Source: a virus. From it: DNA of 64,000 bases. This document shows, in pieces, positions 10,959 to 20,525 of this stretch. Within the stretch, counting starts at the first letter, position 1. The number at the start of each line of letters is the position of its first letter. A program made the position numbers and the translations under genes. The stretch covers positions 77,528 through 141,527 of IMG/VR virus record IMGVR_UViG_3300028376_000003. One strand, written 5' to 3'. The notes beneath the pieces are model-generated. The model ran no database searches and was not told where the DNA came from. It was given only the letters and a program-made list of their open reading frames with translations.

Positions 10959-11480
10959 ATGACACGGAATTTTAAATCAGTTAAAGAAGTACGAGATTTC
11001 AAGAAAAAAACTCTTGATATTTATGAGAAAATAGATAATGGAAGAAAATTCACAAACCACTATAAAGAATATGATATCTTCAATATGTCTAAGCACTTGG
11101 AGATTGGACAACATTTTTTATACGAGAAATATTTATACAAAAGAAGTAAAGGAAATAGTAGTCTTATATGTTATCCAGAAATGGGTGTGTTTTTAAATAC
11201 AATACCAATAGATCAGACCTTTGAGTTGGAATGGTATGATTATAGAAGAACATGGGAATATAATATAAGTGTAACAAATGATGATAGTGAGATGTTAATG
11301 TATGATTTTCCTAGTGAGATTAGTACTCTTATATTATGGCAAGATAGTTTATTTGTTTATGACGTTTGGGACAAAAAACCTGACTGGAAACAAATGAGAA
11401 AAGCATATGATAAAACTTGGTGGTTCCATAAAACTAAAGAAAAGATAAGACATTTAAAGATAAATTCCATATTAAGATAA
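10959..11480 (+). CDS. Hypothetical protein
   Basis: 173-aa ORF; C-terminal RHLKINSIL tag. Confidence 0.6.
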   Translation: MTRNFKSVKEVRDFKKKTLDIYEKIDNGRKFTNHYKEYDIFNMSKHLEIGQHFLYEKYLYKRSKGNSSLICYPEMGVFLNTIPIDQTFELEWYDYRRTWEYNISVTNDDSEMLMYDFPSEISTLILWQDSLFVYDVWDKKPDWKQMRKAYDKTWWFHKTKEKIRHLKINSILR

Positions 11481-11483
11481 TTG

Positions 11484-11816
11484 TTATTTAGGTAATTTCA
11501 TATCACTTGTTACTTCAATCTTAAATCCAAGTCCTGTGCTTTCATCAGAACCATACTTAGTCTCAGAGTGATATCCATTATCAGAATGAAATGTTATTGG
11601 TTTAGCACCATGCATCTTTTGCTTATCCTTTTCCTCTTTTTCTTTAAGCATTTCCTCAAATGTTAGATTATCTGATTTATTTACACTATTATCTCTTATA
11701 GTATCTTGTCTATCAGAGTAACCGTACTTTCTTAGTAGTTCCTCTGCCTCTTGTCCAGTTACTTCCCTTTCACTTTCAACTCTTTGTCCTTCTATTTGTC
11801 TTGTAGTAGCTCTCAT
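11484..11816 (-). CDS. Hypothetical protein (putative late gene)
   Basis: TTAATATATA immediately upstream. Confidence 0.6.
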   Translation of the reverse strand: MRATTRQIEGQRVESEREVTGQEAEELLRKYGYSDRQDTIRDNSVNKSDNLTFEEMLKEKEEKDKQKMHGAKPITFHSDNGYHSETKYGSDESTGLGFKIEVTSDMKLPK

Positions 11817-11951
11817 ATCATATATATTAAAATAATATCTTTGTTAATTATATCTTAAAAATAGTGTGTTAAATTAATACATTTCATATATTTGTATAAT
11901 AAATATCAAAAGAGACAAAACTTTTTTAATATATAGTATATAAACATAAAT

Positions 11952-12024
11952 CGCGGGGTAGAGCAGTAGGTAGCTCGCTAGGCTCATAACCTAGAGGTCG
12001 TTGGTTCGAGTCCAACTCCCGCTA
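11952..12024 (+). tRNA. tRNA-Met(CAT), initiator-like
   Basis: CGCGGGG start with unpaired 1:72; anticodon arm ctagg-CTCATAA-cctag; GGTTCGAGTCC. Confidence 0.9.
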
Positions 12025-12044
12025 CAAATAAATAAATAAATAAA

Positions 12045-12128
12045 ATGAATACTTTTACTAACATAGAATATTATTATGAAGAATCTGAACGAAAACGCTC
12101 GGCTAGTCTTTTGATGTCTATAATGTAA
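12045..12128 (+). CDS. Leader peptide 1 (MNTFTNIEYYYEESERKRSASLLMSIM)
   Basis: GAA TAT TAT TAT GAA GAA TCT GAA run upstream of a terminator and tRNA-Tyr/tRNA-Glu. Confidence 0.8.
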   Translation: MNTFTNIEYYYEESERKRSASLLMSIM

Positions 12129-12143
12129 ATTAAATTATAGTAT

Positions 12144-12181
12144 AAAAAAAACCCAGTCTAGTAATATAGACTGGGTTTTTT
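12144..12181 (+). terminator. Intrinsic terminator / attenuator 1
   Basis: ACCCAGTCTA-loop-TAGACTGGGT followed by a T tract. Confidence 0.85.
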
Positions 12182-12194
12182 GTTTTAAAAATAT

Positions 12195-12277
12195 GGGGGT
12201 AATATGGCACAGGTAGTCATGTCGGTCTGTAAAACCGATTCCGAAAGGTATTGTGGGTTCGAGTCCCACTACGCCCA
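12195..12277 (+). tRNA. tRNA-Tyr(GTA)
   Basis: tcggt-CTGTAAA-accga, long variable arm, T loop. Confidence 0.85.
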
Positions 12278-12287
12278 CTTAGTACAT

Positions 12288-12360
12288 GCTCCGTTCGTCT
12301 AGTGGACTAGGACCCCAGGCTTTCAACTTGGTAACGGGAGTTCAATTCTCCCACGGAGTA
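12288..12360 (+). tRNA. tRNA-Glu(TTC)
   Basis: ccagg-CTTTCAA-cttgg; acceptor stem pairs. Confidence 0.9.
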
Positions 12361-12442
12361 CTAGTTTTAATATTGTTTAAAATAGGATTATAATAATATA
12401 ATGCTTATATTTGCCTATTATTTAATTTTAAAAAGCTTTTAA

Positions 12443-12607
12443 ATGGAAAAAAACACAATACAAGATTTTAAGTGTGTATATGTTTATAGAACTGGTAAAA
12501 AAATACATGAATGTGTATTTAAAGCCTACAATGTTGAGCAAGCTAAGACACATTTTTCGTTTTTTTATCCGAAAAGGATATTGAAAGAAATTGAATTACA
12601 AAAATAA
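12443..12607 (+). CDS. Small hypothetical protein (54 aa)
   Basis: MEKNTIQDFKCVY...; TATATTTG promoter-like site upstream. Confidence 0.5.
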   Translation: MEKNTIQDFKCVYVYRTGKKIHECVFKAYNVEQAKTHFSFFYPKRILKEIELQK

Positions 12608-12613
12608 ATTATT

Positions 12614-12832
12614 ATGGTTTTAAAAATAGAGATAGAAGGAATTGGCGAATTCGACATAAAACATGATTTGTTACATCGAGGTAATCGACCAAGACTGAAA
12701 ACTTACCATAAAGGGATATTTAGAGAAGTATCTTTTAATAGTTTTGAAGACTATCTAAATCCTACCTATCAGAGAGGATTTGATTATGAAGGAACAGAAA
12801 TACAGATTAAAATTTTAGAAAATACAGATTAA
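12614..12832 (+). CDS. Hypothetical protein
   Basis: ORF packed behind the previous gene. Confidence 0.5.
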   Translation: MVLKIEIEGIGEFDIKHDLLHRGNRPRLKTYHKGIFREVSFNSFEDYLNPTYQRGFDYEGTEIQIKILENTD

Positions 12833-12879
12833 TTTAAGAGGGAGAGTAAACTTTTAATATATAGTGTAATATAACAATT

Positions 12880-12954
12880 ATGAGAACAATTAATAACATA
12901 GCAATAATAGCGATAGGCAAAGGGAAAACTCATTGGCTGGGAATTGTTATGTAA
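12880..12954 (+). CDS. Leader peptide 2 (MRTINNIAIIAIGKGKTHWLGIVM)
   Basis: ATA GCA ATA ATA GCG ATA GGC AAA GGG run; contains TGGCTGGG complementary to the terminator 5' arm. Confidence 0.85.
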   Translation: MRTINNIAIIAIGKGKTHWLGIVM

Positions 12955-12977
12955 TTAATTTAATTATAAATTATCAT

Positions 12978-13006
12978 AAACCCAGTCAGAAATGACTGGG
13001 TTTTTT
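12978..13006 (+). terminator. Intrinsic terminator / attenuator 2
   Basis: AAACCCAGTCA-GAAA-TGACTGGGTTT plus T tract. Confidence 0.9.
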
Positions 13007-13020
13007 ATTTTATTATAAAT

Positions 13021-13094
13021 TGGTATGTAGCTTAGATGGTAAAAGCACATGGCTTATATCCATGAGATAGTGGGTTCGATACCCATCATACCAA
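13021..13094 (+). tRNA. tRNA-Ile(TAT)
   Basis: catgg-CTTATAT-ccatg; acceptor tggtatg/catacca. Confidence 0.85.
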
Positions 13095-13102
13095 CAAAAT
13101 AA

Positions 13103-13176
13103 GCAGGTAACGCATAAGTGATGGTGCACTAGCCTTCCAAGCTAGAATAGAATCGGTTTGATCCCGATTACCTGCT
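13103..13176 (+). tRNA. tRNA-Gly(TCC)
   Basis: ctagc-CTTCCAA-gctag. Confidence 0.8.
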
Positions 13177-13187
13177 CGATATAAAAT

Positions 13188-13261
13188 GCAAATGTAGCTC
13201 AATTGGCTAGAGTGTCTGATTTCCATTCAGAAAGTTGTAGGTTCGAATCCTATCATTTGCT
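13188..13261 (+). tRNA. tRNA-Gly(TCC)
   Basis: tctga-TTTCCAT-tcaga; canonical D and T arms. Confidence 0.9.
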
Positions 13262-13268
13262 CATTAAT

Positions 13269-13346
13269 GGGGGATTAGCTCAGTCTGGTCGTAAGCGATA
13301 GCTTTGCAAGCTGTGTCATACATCGGTTCAAATCCGATATCCTCCA
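13269..13346 (+). tRNA. tRNA-Ala(TGC)
   Basis: atagc-TTTGCAA-gctgt; G3:U70 pair in gggggat/atcctcc. Confidence 0.88.
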
Positions 13347-13638
13347 CAGCTTAATTAAAAAAAACAATAATTATAGAAGATTTGAGTGCGAGATAGATAG
13401 AGAGAGGAGTAATTACTAAATTTGCATCAGATGAATTGGAGAAGTTGTCTAAAAATCATCAGGCTAGAAAATATCAAAGCTTCACTATAGATAGGTGAGT
13501 TGTTGATATTGTGGACATGTCACCGATTTCTAAGCTAACAAATTCAGTAGATGTGATAGTTTATGGTGGTGATTCATTAATGGAGATTTCTTAGAAACAT
13601 ATTAATAATATATATATAGAGAAAATGTACATATTATT

Positions 13639-14394
13639 ATGATTATAAGATTTAGAAGTAGAGGAGAAAAAGTTAAGGATTTACAAAACTTGTTAGGACT
13701 AAAACCTGATGGTATATTTGGTCCTAACACTTTGAAAGCTTTGAAGAATTTTCAAAGAGATAATGGATTAAGCGTAGATGGTATAGTTGGTCCTAATACT
13801 TGGTCTGTTTTAGTAAAAAACGATAAGAATAGAATAAGACCAATTTACGATGTTGATCTAAACGAAGAAGATTCTGTATCTGATCCAGAGTGTATGTTCT
13901 GTGTAGAAGATATTGAGGAAACACAACCTTTGTCCCCTAGTACAAGGGAACTTATAAACCTAATAGAATCTAGTGATATTACTAGGAATATAAAAAGGCT
14001 TGTTTTCCATTGTACTGCAACATCTCAAAAAGCTACTGTATCTGCCATTGTGAATTATTGGAAGAATACACTTGGGTGGCGTTCACCAGGTTATCATATA
14101 ATTGTTAGGCCAGATGGAACTTGGAATCAACTACTAGACTTTAACAGAGTCTCTAATGGTGTTCGTGGTATCAATTCTACTACTATAAATATATCATATA
14201 TTGGTGGTGTTGACCGAAATGGTAGAGCATTGGATAATAGAACTAAAAAGCAAAAGGATGTCTATGAAACCATTTATAGAGCTTTTAAGCATAAATTACC
14301 TAGAATAACATTTCATGGACATAATGAATTTTCATCAAAAGCATGTCCATCTTTTAATGTTAAAAATTGGATAAAGTCTTTAAGAGTAATTTAA
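13639..14394 (+). CDS. Endolysin: peptidoglycan-binding domain plus N-acetylmuramoyl-L-alanine amidase
   Basis: DGIFGPNT/DGIVGPNTW repeats; HCTA, GYH, GHNE..KACPSF zinc-amidase motifs. Confidence 0.9.
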   Translation: MIIRFRSRGEKVKDLQNLLGLKPDGIFGPNTLKALKNFQRDNGLSVDGIVGPNTWSVLVKNDKNRIRPIYDVDLNEEDSVSDPECMFCVEDIEETQPLSPSTRELINLIESSDITRNIKRLVFHCTATSQKATVSAIVNYWKNTLGWRSPGYHIIVRPDGTWNQLLDFNRVSNGVRGINSTTINISYIGGVDRNGRALDNRTKKQKDVYETIYRAFKHKLPRITFHGHNEFSSKACPSFNVKNWIKSLRVI

Positions 14395-14522
14395 TTAGTA
14401 TATATTTGCATAGTAAGAATTCTAAAAGAAAGAAAAATTATAATATTATTTTACTATATATCATGATGTTGCATGTTTTTAGATGAATTAACAACACTAA
14501 TCACTTAATAATACAAATCTAT

Positions 14523-14951
14523 ATGACCACAATTCAAACAAATAATATAATTAACTTTTATTTCAATATTAGCACTGAATGTGGTATTGATATATTACAT
14601 CTATCACCAAGCTATCTTAGAGAAAAGTGGATACTCCATATAGGAACTGATATTGAAAATAATAATATAACCAAAAGTGTTAAGTTGGATACTTGGACTA
14701 AAATATGGGGTGTTACTGATAAAAATACAACATCAATATATTATATAATTCTAGAATTAAATTCAGTTCCACTAAGGGAAGCTAATATAACGTCTGTAGT
14801 TAATAAAATTATTCCTTATATTGATGAAAATAAGATAAACAAAGAAGAATATAATGGTTTACACCCATCAATAAATAGTTGTAAGGATCAATGGATGATG
14901 AAGAAAGAAAACAAAAGATACTTAAATATTCAAATGTTATTGAATGACTGA
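14523..14951 (+). CDS. Hypothetical protein
   Basis: 142-aa ORF. Confidence 0.5.
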   Translation: MTTIQTNNIINFYFNISTECGIDILHLSPSYLREKWILHIGTDIENNNITKSVKLDTWTKIWGVTDKNTTSIYYIILELNSVPLREANITSVVNKIIPYIDENKINKEEYNGLHPSINSCKDQWMMKKENKRYLNIQMLLND

Positions 14952-14974
14952 TATTTATATATAAGAGAAAAACA

Positions 14975-15430
14975 ATGAAATTAAGAAAGACTATAGCAAC
15001 CACAATGAGAGGATATCTTAATGAGAATAATAGTAATGAAAGTCATTTTTTATCTGAAAGTGAAAAATATGGCTCTTATGAAGGTATTATTCATTCTGAT
15101 ATAGAAAAAGTCAAGAATTAGTTCTCAAAACGAGGTATTGACTACAATTCATATCTTAATCAAATTGAACTACCTGTAGCATTTTTAAACAATATAAATG
15201 TAGAATTAAAATATAGAGGAAAGGGATATGGTGATGAACTATATTTTGATTTTGAACAGAATTGTTATTATTATAACACTAAATGCATAATATTAGAAAG
15301 TGATAGTGGCGAATCACAGAAGAAAGGTTTTAATTTGGACAATTGGTATGAAATCTTAGACTATGAGATAATTGGGGAAGAAAGTGGTAATTCAATTATG
15401 AAAAAAAAATTAATTAGTTCACAACGATGA
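14975..15430 (+). pseudogene. GNAT-family acetyltransferase interrupted by an in-frame TAG
   Basis: One frame MKLRKTIATTMRGYLNE...KVKN*FSKRG...YRGKGYG; TAG at 15119-15121. Confidence 0.65.
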
Positions 15431-15491
15431 TGGTGATAATAGTGCTTTACTTAATTCTGATTATGAAATGATAATTATTTAAAAATAAATT

Positions 15492-15713
15492 ATGGGACTA
15501 TACGATACAGTAAAAGTACCTTGCCCTTCATGTGGTGAGAAGAAAGATTTTCAAAGTAAGAGTGGTGATGGTTTTTTAGAAGTAGTTGATTTAGAAAACT
15601 GCCCATATGATATACTAGTAGGCGTAAACAGACATTCACCCCATACTTGTAAGTGTGGAGAAATATTTAAAGTGGATTTAAATACTAGAAAAAGTGTAAA
15701 AACAGAAAAATAG
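15492..15713 (+). CDS. Small zinc-finger phage protein
   Basis: MGLYD..CPSCG...FQSK...CKCG. Confidence 0.6.
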   Translation: MGLYDTVKVPCPSCGEKKDFQSKSGDGFLEVVDLENCPYDILVGVNRHSPHTCKCGEIFKVDLNTRKSVKTEK

Positions 15714-15970
15714 ACTATGATAATGTCCCAAATATCTATTAAATAAGGGACTTTAAAAATTAGGTAATTTTATACATTGTTGTGCAGAGTAGGTTATTAA
15801 TTTAATTATGAGATGAGTAGTATTAATTATATAAAAAATACAACTTATTATCTGTTTGTAAGTATAAGTGTGTAAGTGCTACTTATGATAAACTTCTAAT
15901 ATCACAAACAATCAATTTTAATAAAAGCATATACTAGAAAATAGAAAATAAAAAATAATAAATTAAATAT

Positions 15971-17206
15971 ATGAATAACACATCAATTATAGATTCATTT
16001 ACTGAGCTTAAGTCAGACAAAATGATTAATAAAATAGAGATAATGGAAATCCTAGACTCTGTTTTTAGATTTGAGTTTAGAAAAAAATATGATACAGATG
16101 AAAACTTTGATATAATTCTAAACCCAGATAACGGAGATTTAGAAATATGGCAAAACAAAATCGTTGTACAAGATGGCGAGGTTGAAAACCACAATACTGA
16201 AATAGAAATTTCAGAAGTTCTTAAGGTGGAGTCAGATTTTGAAATAGGGGAAGAATATCCACAAGAATTCAAAATATCAGAATTAGGAAGAAGATCTATA
16301 TTAAGTTTAAGACAGAATCTAAAGGCTAGAATAAAAGACTACGAAAATAAATCAACAATAGAGAAGTTTGAAGATATGATTGGATATATTTTCAATGCCG
16401 AAGTCCATCACATAAAAAGAAATATGGTTATATTACTAGATGATGAGGGTATTGAAATTTGTTTACCAAAAGATAATCAGATACCTGGTGAGTTTTACAG
16501 AAAAGGTGATACAATATCATTTGTGGTAGAAGAAGCTGAAATTAGAAACAATAAGCCATACATTATTGCATCAAGAACATCAAGTAAGTTTCTAGAAAGA
16601 ATAATGGAACAAGAAATACCTGAAATATTCGATGGTCTAATAAATATAAAGAACATAGTTAGAGTACCTGGTATTAAAGCTAAGGTAGCAGTGGAAACAT
16701 ATGATGATAGAATTGATCCTGTTGGAACTTGTGTTGGTAGTAGAGGAAGTCGAATAATGGCAGTTACTAGAGAGCTAAATGGTGAGAGTATAGATATCAT
16801 AAGCTACACAAATAATATGGATTTATATATAACTAGGTCGTTAAAACCAGCCGTTGTTAAATTTATAAAGGTAGAAGATGGTAAAGCTGACGTTCATTTA
16901 AATGGTGAAGATATTGGTAAGGCTATTGGTAAGAAAGGTTCTAATATAAGATTAACTAGCTTACTTACTGGTCTAGAAATAAATCTTATAAATGATGAGC
17001 AAGCTACAGAGGAAGATATAGATCTTATGGAATTTTCTGATGAAGTTGATTTATGGGTAATAAATGAATTTAAAAAAGCTGGTATAGATACTGCTAAATC
17101 ATTACTATCTTATGGTTTTAGTGAACTTGTAAATATGACAGATTTAGAGGATGTGACTATTGAGAAGATAATAAAAATAATCAAACAAGAATTTGTTGAT
17201 AGTTAA
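15971..17206 (+). CDS. nusA: Transcription termination/antitermination factor NusA
   Basis: N-terminal domain, S1, KH domains (EIPEI, IDPVGTCVGSRGSRI, AIGKKGSNIRL). Confidence 0.95.
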   Translation: MNNTSIIDSFTELKSDKMINKIEIMEILDSVFRFEFRKKYDTDENFDIILNPDNGDLEIWQNKIVVQDGEVENHNTEIEISEVLKVESDFEIGEEYPQEFKISELGRRSILSLRQNLKARIKDYENKSTIEKFEDMIGYIFNAEVHHIKRNMVILLDDEGIEICLPKDNQIPGEFYRKGDTISFVVEEAEIRNNKPYIIASRTSSKFLERIMEQEIPEIFDGLINIKNIVRVPGIKAKVAVETYDDRIDPVGTCVGSRGSRIMAVTRELNGESIDIISYTNNMDLYITRSLKPAVVKFIKVEDGKADVHLNGEDIGKAIGKKGSNIRLTSLLTGLEINLINDEQATEEDIDLMEFSDEVDLWVINEFKKAGIDTAKSLLSYGFSELVNMTDLEDVTIEKIIKIIKQEFVDS

Positions 17207-17215
17207 AACAAAATA

Positions 17216-17443
17216 ATGTCAAATAGAAACTATAAAATAGATAAGGAAATCGAGGTAACACTTAAAGTTAAAGTAAAGATTAATTCTTGCAATGACTATA
17301 ATAGGTTGAACGAATTACAAATAGAAAATAATGTATCTGATTTTAAAAATGATATTAAAGAACATCTGCTAGATAAGCTAAGAAATAGCTATCAAGAAGA
17401 AGTTACAATAGGTATTGATTTTTGGGATTATGAAGTAGATTAA
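17216..17443 (+). CDS. Hypothetical protein
   Basis: ORF in operon. Confidence 0.5.
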   Translation: MSNRNYKIDKEIEVTLKVKVKINSCNDYNRLNELQIENNVSDFKNDIKEHLLDKLRNSYQEEVTIGIDFWDYEVD

Positions 17444-17502
17444 TTAAATACCATAAAATACTTGTATAATATTTTTTATTTGTATATTTGTAAAAAAATA
17501 AT

Positions 17503-17772
17503 ATGAAAACTTTTAAGAAATCATTTATTATAATAGGACTTGGCGTACTTAACATACTACATGCTAGCCTTCATATATTTCAATTTGTTCAATCTTTTAT
17601 GCTTGTAAAGGCATCTATAGAACTACAAGACACATCAACAAATCACAGTGGTTTATTTTCAGATTTACTACACAGTCCATATTTTACAATAGTTTGGGCA
17701 TTAGTAGGCATCTTGACCTTATACATCGGTATCAAGGATTTTATTCATCATAAAAAATGTAAAAATGGGTAG
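17503..17772 (+). CDS. Hypothetical membrane protein
   Basis: Two hydrophobic segments, His-rich. Confidence 0.55.
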   Translation: MKTFKKSFIIIGLGVLNILHASLHIFQFVQSFMLVKASIELQDTSTNHSGLFSDLLHSPYFTIVWALVGILTLYIGIKDFIHHKKCKNG

Positions 17773-18670
17773 TTTTAATATAATATGTTCAATATCTAAT
17801 ACAGTCATAAGTGACGGCGATAGAGCAAGTATTCAGATATTAGTCCCTGGTGGAAGTGAAAATTTCAATTCACATAAGAACATAATTGTATCAGAAAGTG
17901 GTACACAAGAGTTCTTCTCACCATTTGGGTTTCCAATAAATGGTCGATATGATAGCTATGGAAGATTAAGACATATAGAAAATGACATAAATGTAGAAAT
18001 GTTAGAAAAATTCTTTAACATAAATATATATGAATTACTTAATCTAATACATTCTAGTAGTAGAACTTATGATGAAGAGGTTAAAAACACAGACATAATT
18101 GACAATTTGTTCATATCTTTTTTTAGAACAGAAGTCATTGACTACATAGACAATGGAAGCCTAGATATAAATATTGACAACCCCGAAGAATATACTAGAG
18201 GTGCTTACATAAAAAGTATTTTAGATGGTATTGATGATTATAACATAACAAACATATCAGAAAGAATATCATATATTGAAAGTATGGCAGAAGCTGATAT
18301 TACAGAAGAAATTTCGAAAGAGTTTTTTGATTTAATAAGAAAACAAACTACAAGAAAAAAGACATATATTCAATCATTATGGCAATATAATATGTTTGAA
18401 TTGCTACCAATTGATTTAATATTTAAAGACTATATAATTAAACAATATAATCTTATTTCAACGATGACAAATGAATTGAAAGTATTATTGAGACCAAGCT
18501 TATATGGATCACAAGAAGGTGATGATTTATATAGATACAAATTTAATAAAGAAATAAATAATCTAATCATTAATGATTTAGAATCAGAATCAGAATGGTT
18601 AGATGGTGAAGAAAAATCCATTATAAAGACACATAATCGATCTGTCAAACTAGACAAATTGTATTCATAG
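17765..18670 (+). CDS. Hypothetical phage protein
   Basis: MGSFN..CSISN and PINGRYDSYG motifs; C-terminal RSVKLDKL tag. Confidence 0.6.
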   Translation: MGSFNIICSISNTVISDGDRASIQILVPGGSENFNSHKNIIVSESGTQEFFSPFGFPINGRYDSYGRLRHIENDINVEMLEKFFNINIYELLNLIHSSSRTYDEEVKNTDIIDNLFISFFRTEVIDYIDNGSLDINIDNPEEYTRGAYIKSILDGIDDYNITNISERISYIESMAEADITEEISKEFFDLIRKQTTRKKTYIQSLWQYNMFELLPIDLIFKDYIIKQYNLISTMTNELKVLLRPSLYGSQEGDDLYRYKFNKEINNLIINDLESESEWLDGEEKSIIKTHNRSVKLDKLYS

Positions 18671-18934
18671 ATGAAATTTAATAAAGAAGATAGCCTTATT
18701 GGTATGCATTTTGTATACATGTCTGGATATGATAAGAATCCTAAATTTGATAAGATAATAAAACTCGTTGAACCAGTAGGTTTAACTATACAAGAATTTA
18801 TAAATAAAGCTTATTATCCTATAGATTCATATGTAATTTCACAAAATGGCATAAGGTACGAAATGAGAGAGATAAAGCTAACTCCAATTAGTGAAATTAG
18901 AAAAAACAGATTAAAAAAATTAGGAATTAAATAG
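18671..18934 (+). CDS. Hypothetical protein
   Basis: C-terminal RKNRLKKL tag. Confidence 0.55.
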   Translation: MKFNKEDSLIGMHFVYMSGYDKNPKFDKIIKLVEPVGLTIQEFINKAYYPIDSYVISQNGIRYEMREIKLTPISEIRKNRLKKLGIK

Positions 18935-18950
18935 ATATATGTAATTAGTT

Positions 18951-19388
18951 ATGGCAGAACTTAAAAAGAAAAGAAAACGTTATAGATTAAATACATTTTT
19001 CTACATTGAAGTATATGATATAGCAGCACTTAGGAGTAAAAAACTAAATAAAGTAATGGGATTAGATAATAACATAAGACCCACCTATTTTAGTACACTA
19101 AGTAGAAATACTTCTATAAAGAATATATATCTTTCTAGCTTTTGGAAGAAGAAACAAAGTGCTATCAACCAAAAGGCTGCTATGAAAGAAATGTGTGATA
19201 AAAAGAATCTAACTATGGAAATAATCGAAATTAATAGATTAGAGTTTATAAAATTAATACCGCTAAAAGTACCAGAGTGTTCAAAATGGGATATGGGATT
19301 ATACATAATTAATATAGGCATTGTGCGTGATGAGAAAGCATATATGGAAACATTAAAGTGTAGGGAAATAGACAACATTAATGAATAA
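18951..19388 (+). CDS. Hypothetical protein, probable paralog of 19381..19797
   Basis: Both share YIE.Y...R..[KR][LI]..V and I..I...[ED]F...IP patterns. Confidence 0.55.
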   Translation: MAELKKKRKRYRLNTFFYIEVYDIAALRSKKLNKVMGLDNNIRPTYFSTLSRNTSIKNIYLSSFWKKKQSAINQKAAMKEMCDKKNLTMEIIEINRLEFIKLIPLKVPECSKWDMGLYIINIGIVRDEKAYMETLKCREIDNINE

Positions 19389-19797
19389 TCAAAATAAGAC
19401 ACGAATTAGATATCTATATTATATAGAAATGTACACACTTGTACAATATAGAAGATTAAGGATTGCTCAAGTGTTGTCTCATCAAACAGAAACATTAGAG
19501 ACCCTTTACTATAATGGACCTAGGGGATATATCGAACCCCAAAATAATATATACTTTGCCTTATTTTTTAGAAGTTCAGAAAGTGCAAGGAAGTGTATAA
19601 ACCTAGTTAGTGAGAATAACTACAAAAATTTTCAATTTATTATTAACAAAATTAGTTCGACTGACTTTGTTAATATAATACCAACTACAAAACCATTTAG
19701 GATAAACACAAGTCTTACATCAAGATACTACTATAGAAATAACCTAGGGCTAAGAAATGTTGAACTAACTCACTTAAAAGAATTAAATTTAAAATAA
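19381..19797 (+). CDS. Hypothetical protein, probable paralog of 18951..19388
   Basis: Shared motif layout; overlapping start/stop. Confidence 0.55.
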   Translation: MNNQNKTRIRYLYYIEMYTLVQYRRLRIAQVLSHQTETLETLYYNGPRGYIEPQNNIYFALFFRSSESARKCINLVSENNYKNFQFIINKISSTDFVNIIPTTKPFRINTSLTSRYYYRNNLGLRNVELTHLKELNLK

Positions 19798-19807
19798 TTA
19801 ATACACT

Positions 19808-20182
19808 ATGGAAAGCATGGATACAAATATTAAAGACATTATAAGAGGTATTAAAATTGATATAGTTAATAATAGATATAAATGTATATCAGCATACAAA
19901 ATACCAAAAGACGTTGAGCATTGGTTGAATTGTCCAATTTGTGATTTAAAGCCACTTATATGGGAATTTAATAATGGATCTTCTACTGGTTGTGGCTGTG
20001 GTGAAAACCAATACAGAAACTTTAGTATTGTGACAGAATCTATAATGTCACATATAAGTAGAAATAATGGATCTGCACTTAATTATGACCATCGTAAATT
20101 GAAAAATAACTGGAATCATTGGGTATGTACTAGAGAAGAACTAGAAACACACAAAGGATTATTAGAAGAGGGTAAGTGGTAG
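19808..20182 (+). CDS. Hypothetical Cys-rich protein
   Basis: CPIC and GCGCG motifs. Confidence 0.55.
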   Translation: MESMDTNIKDIIRGIKIDIVNNRYKCISAYKIPKDVEHWLNCPICDLKPLIWEFNNGSSTGCGCGENQYRNFSIVTESIMSHISRNNGSALNYDHRKLKNNWNHWVCTREELETHKGLLEEGKW

Positions 20183-20183
20183 T

Positions 20184-20525
20184 TTATTCCACAATATCTT
20201 CTGCTGTTTCTGATAGTGCTATACAAGCCTTTGCAGTTTCTTCGTGTTTAAACTCTAAACACCTATCAGCACAATAAACAGAACTTTCAAATACCAAATC
20301 CGATATATTAGAGAGATGGTGTGATTTATTCTCAAGTGCATACACAAAAGCTTCACATATCTTAATAAACTCTCCTAGGTCTACTGAAAAGGCTTTAACT
20401 TTAGTCTTTTCCATTGACTTATTTAGTAACTCTATACAGCTATTAACATCATCTATTAGCTGAGAGTTATCATTTACCTCCTCTGTTTCTTCATTCTGTT
20501 CTAAAAACTTTTTAAGATGTATCAT
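20184..20525 (-). CDS. Putative head-internal protein
   Basis: MIHLKKFLE N-terminus; late motif upstream. Confidence 0.5.
   Translation of the reverse strand: MIHLKKFLEQNEETEEVNDNSQLIDDVNSCIELLNKSMEKTKVKAFSVDLGEFIKICEAFVYALENKSHHLSNISDLVFESSVYCADRCLEFKHEETAKACIALSETAEDIVE

Noticed and set aside
13360-13600. Coding-like sequence after tRNA-Ala
   Set aside because: Interrupted by stops with no recognisable product; probably a gene remnant.
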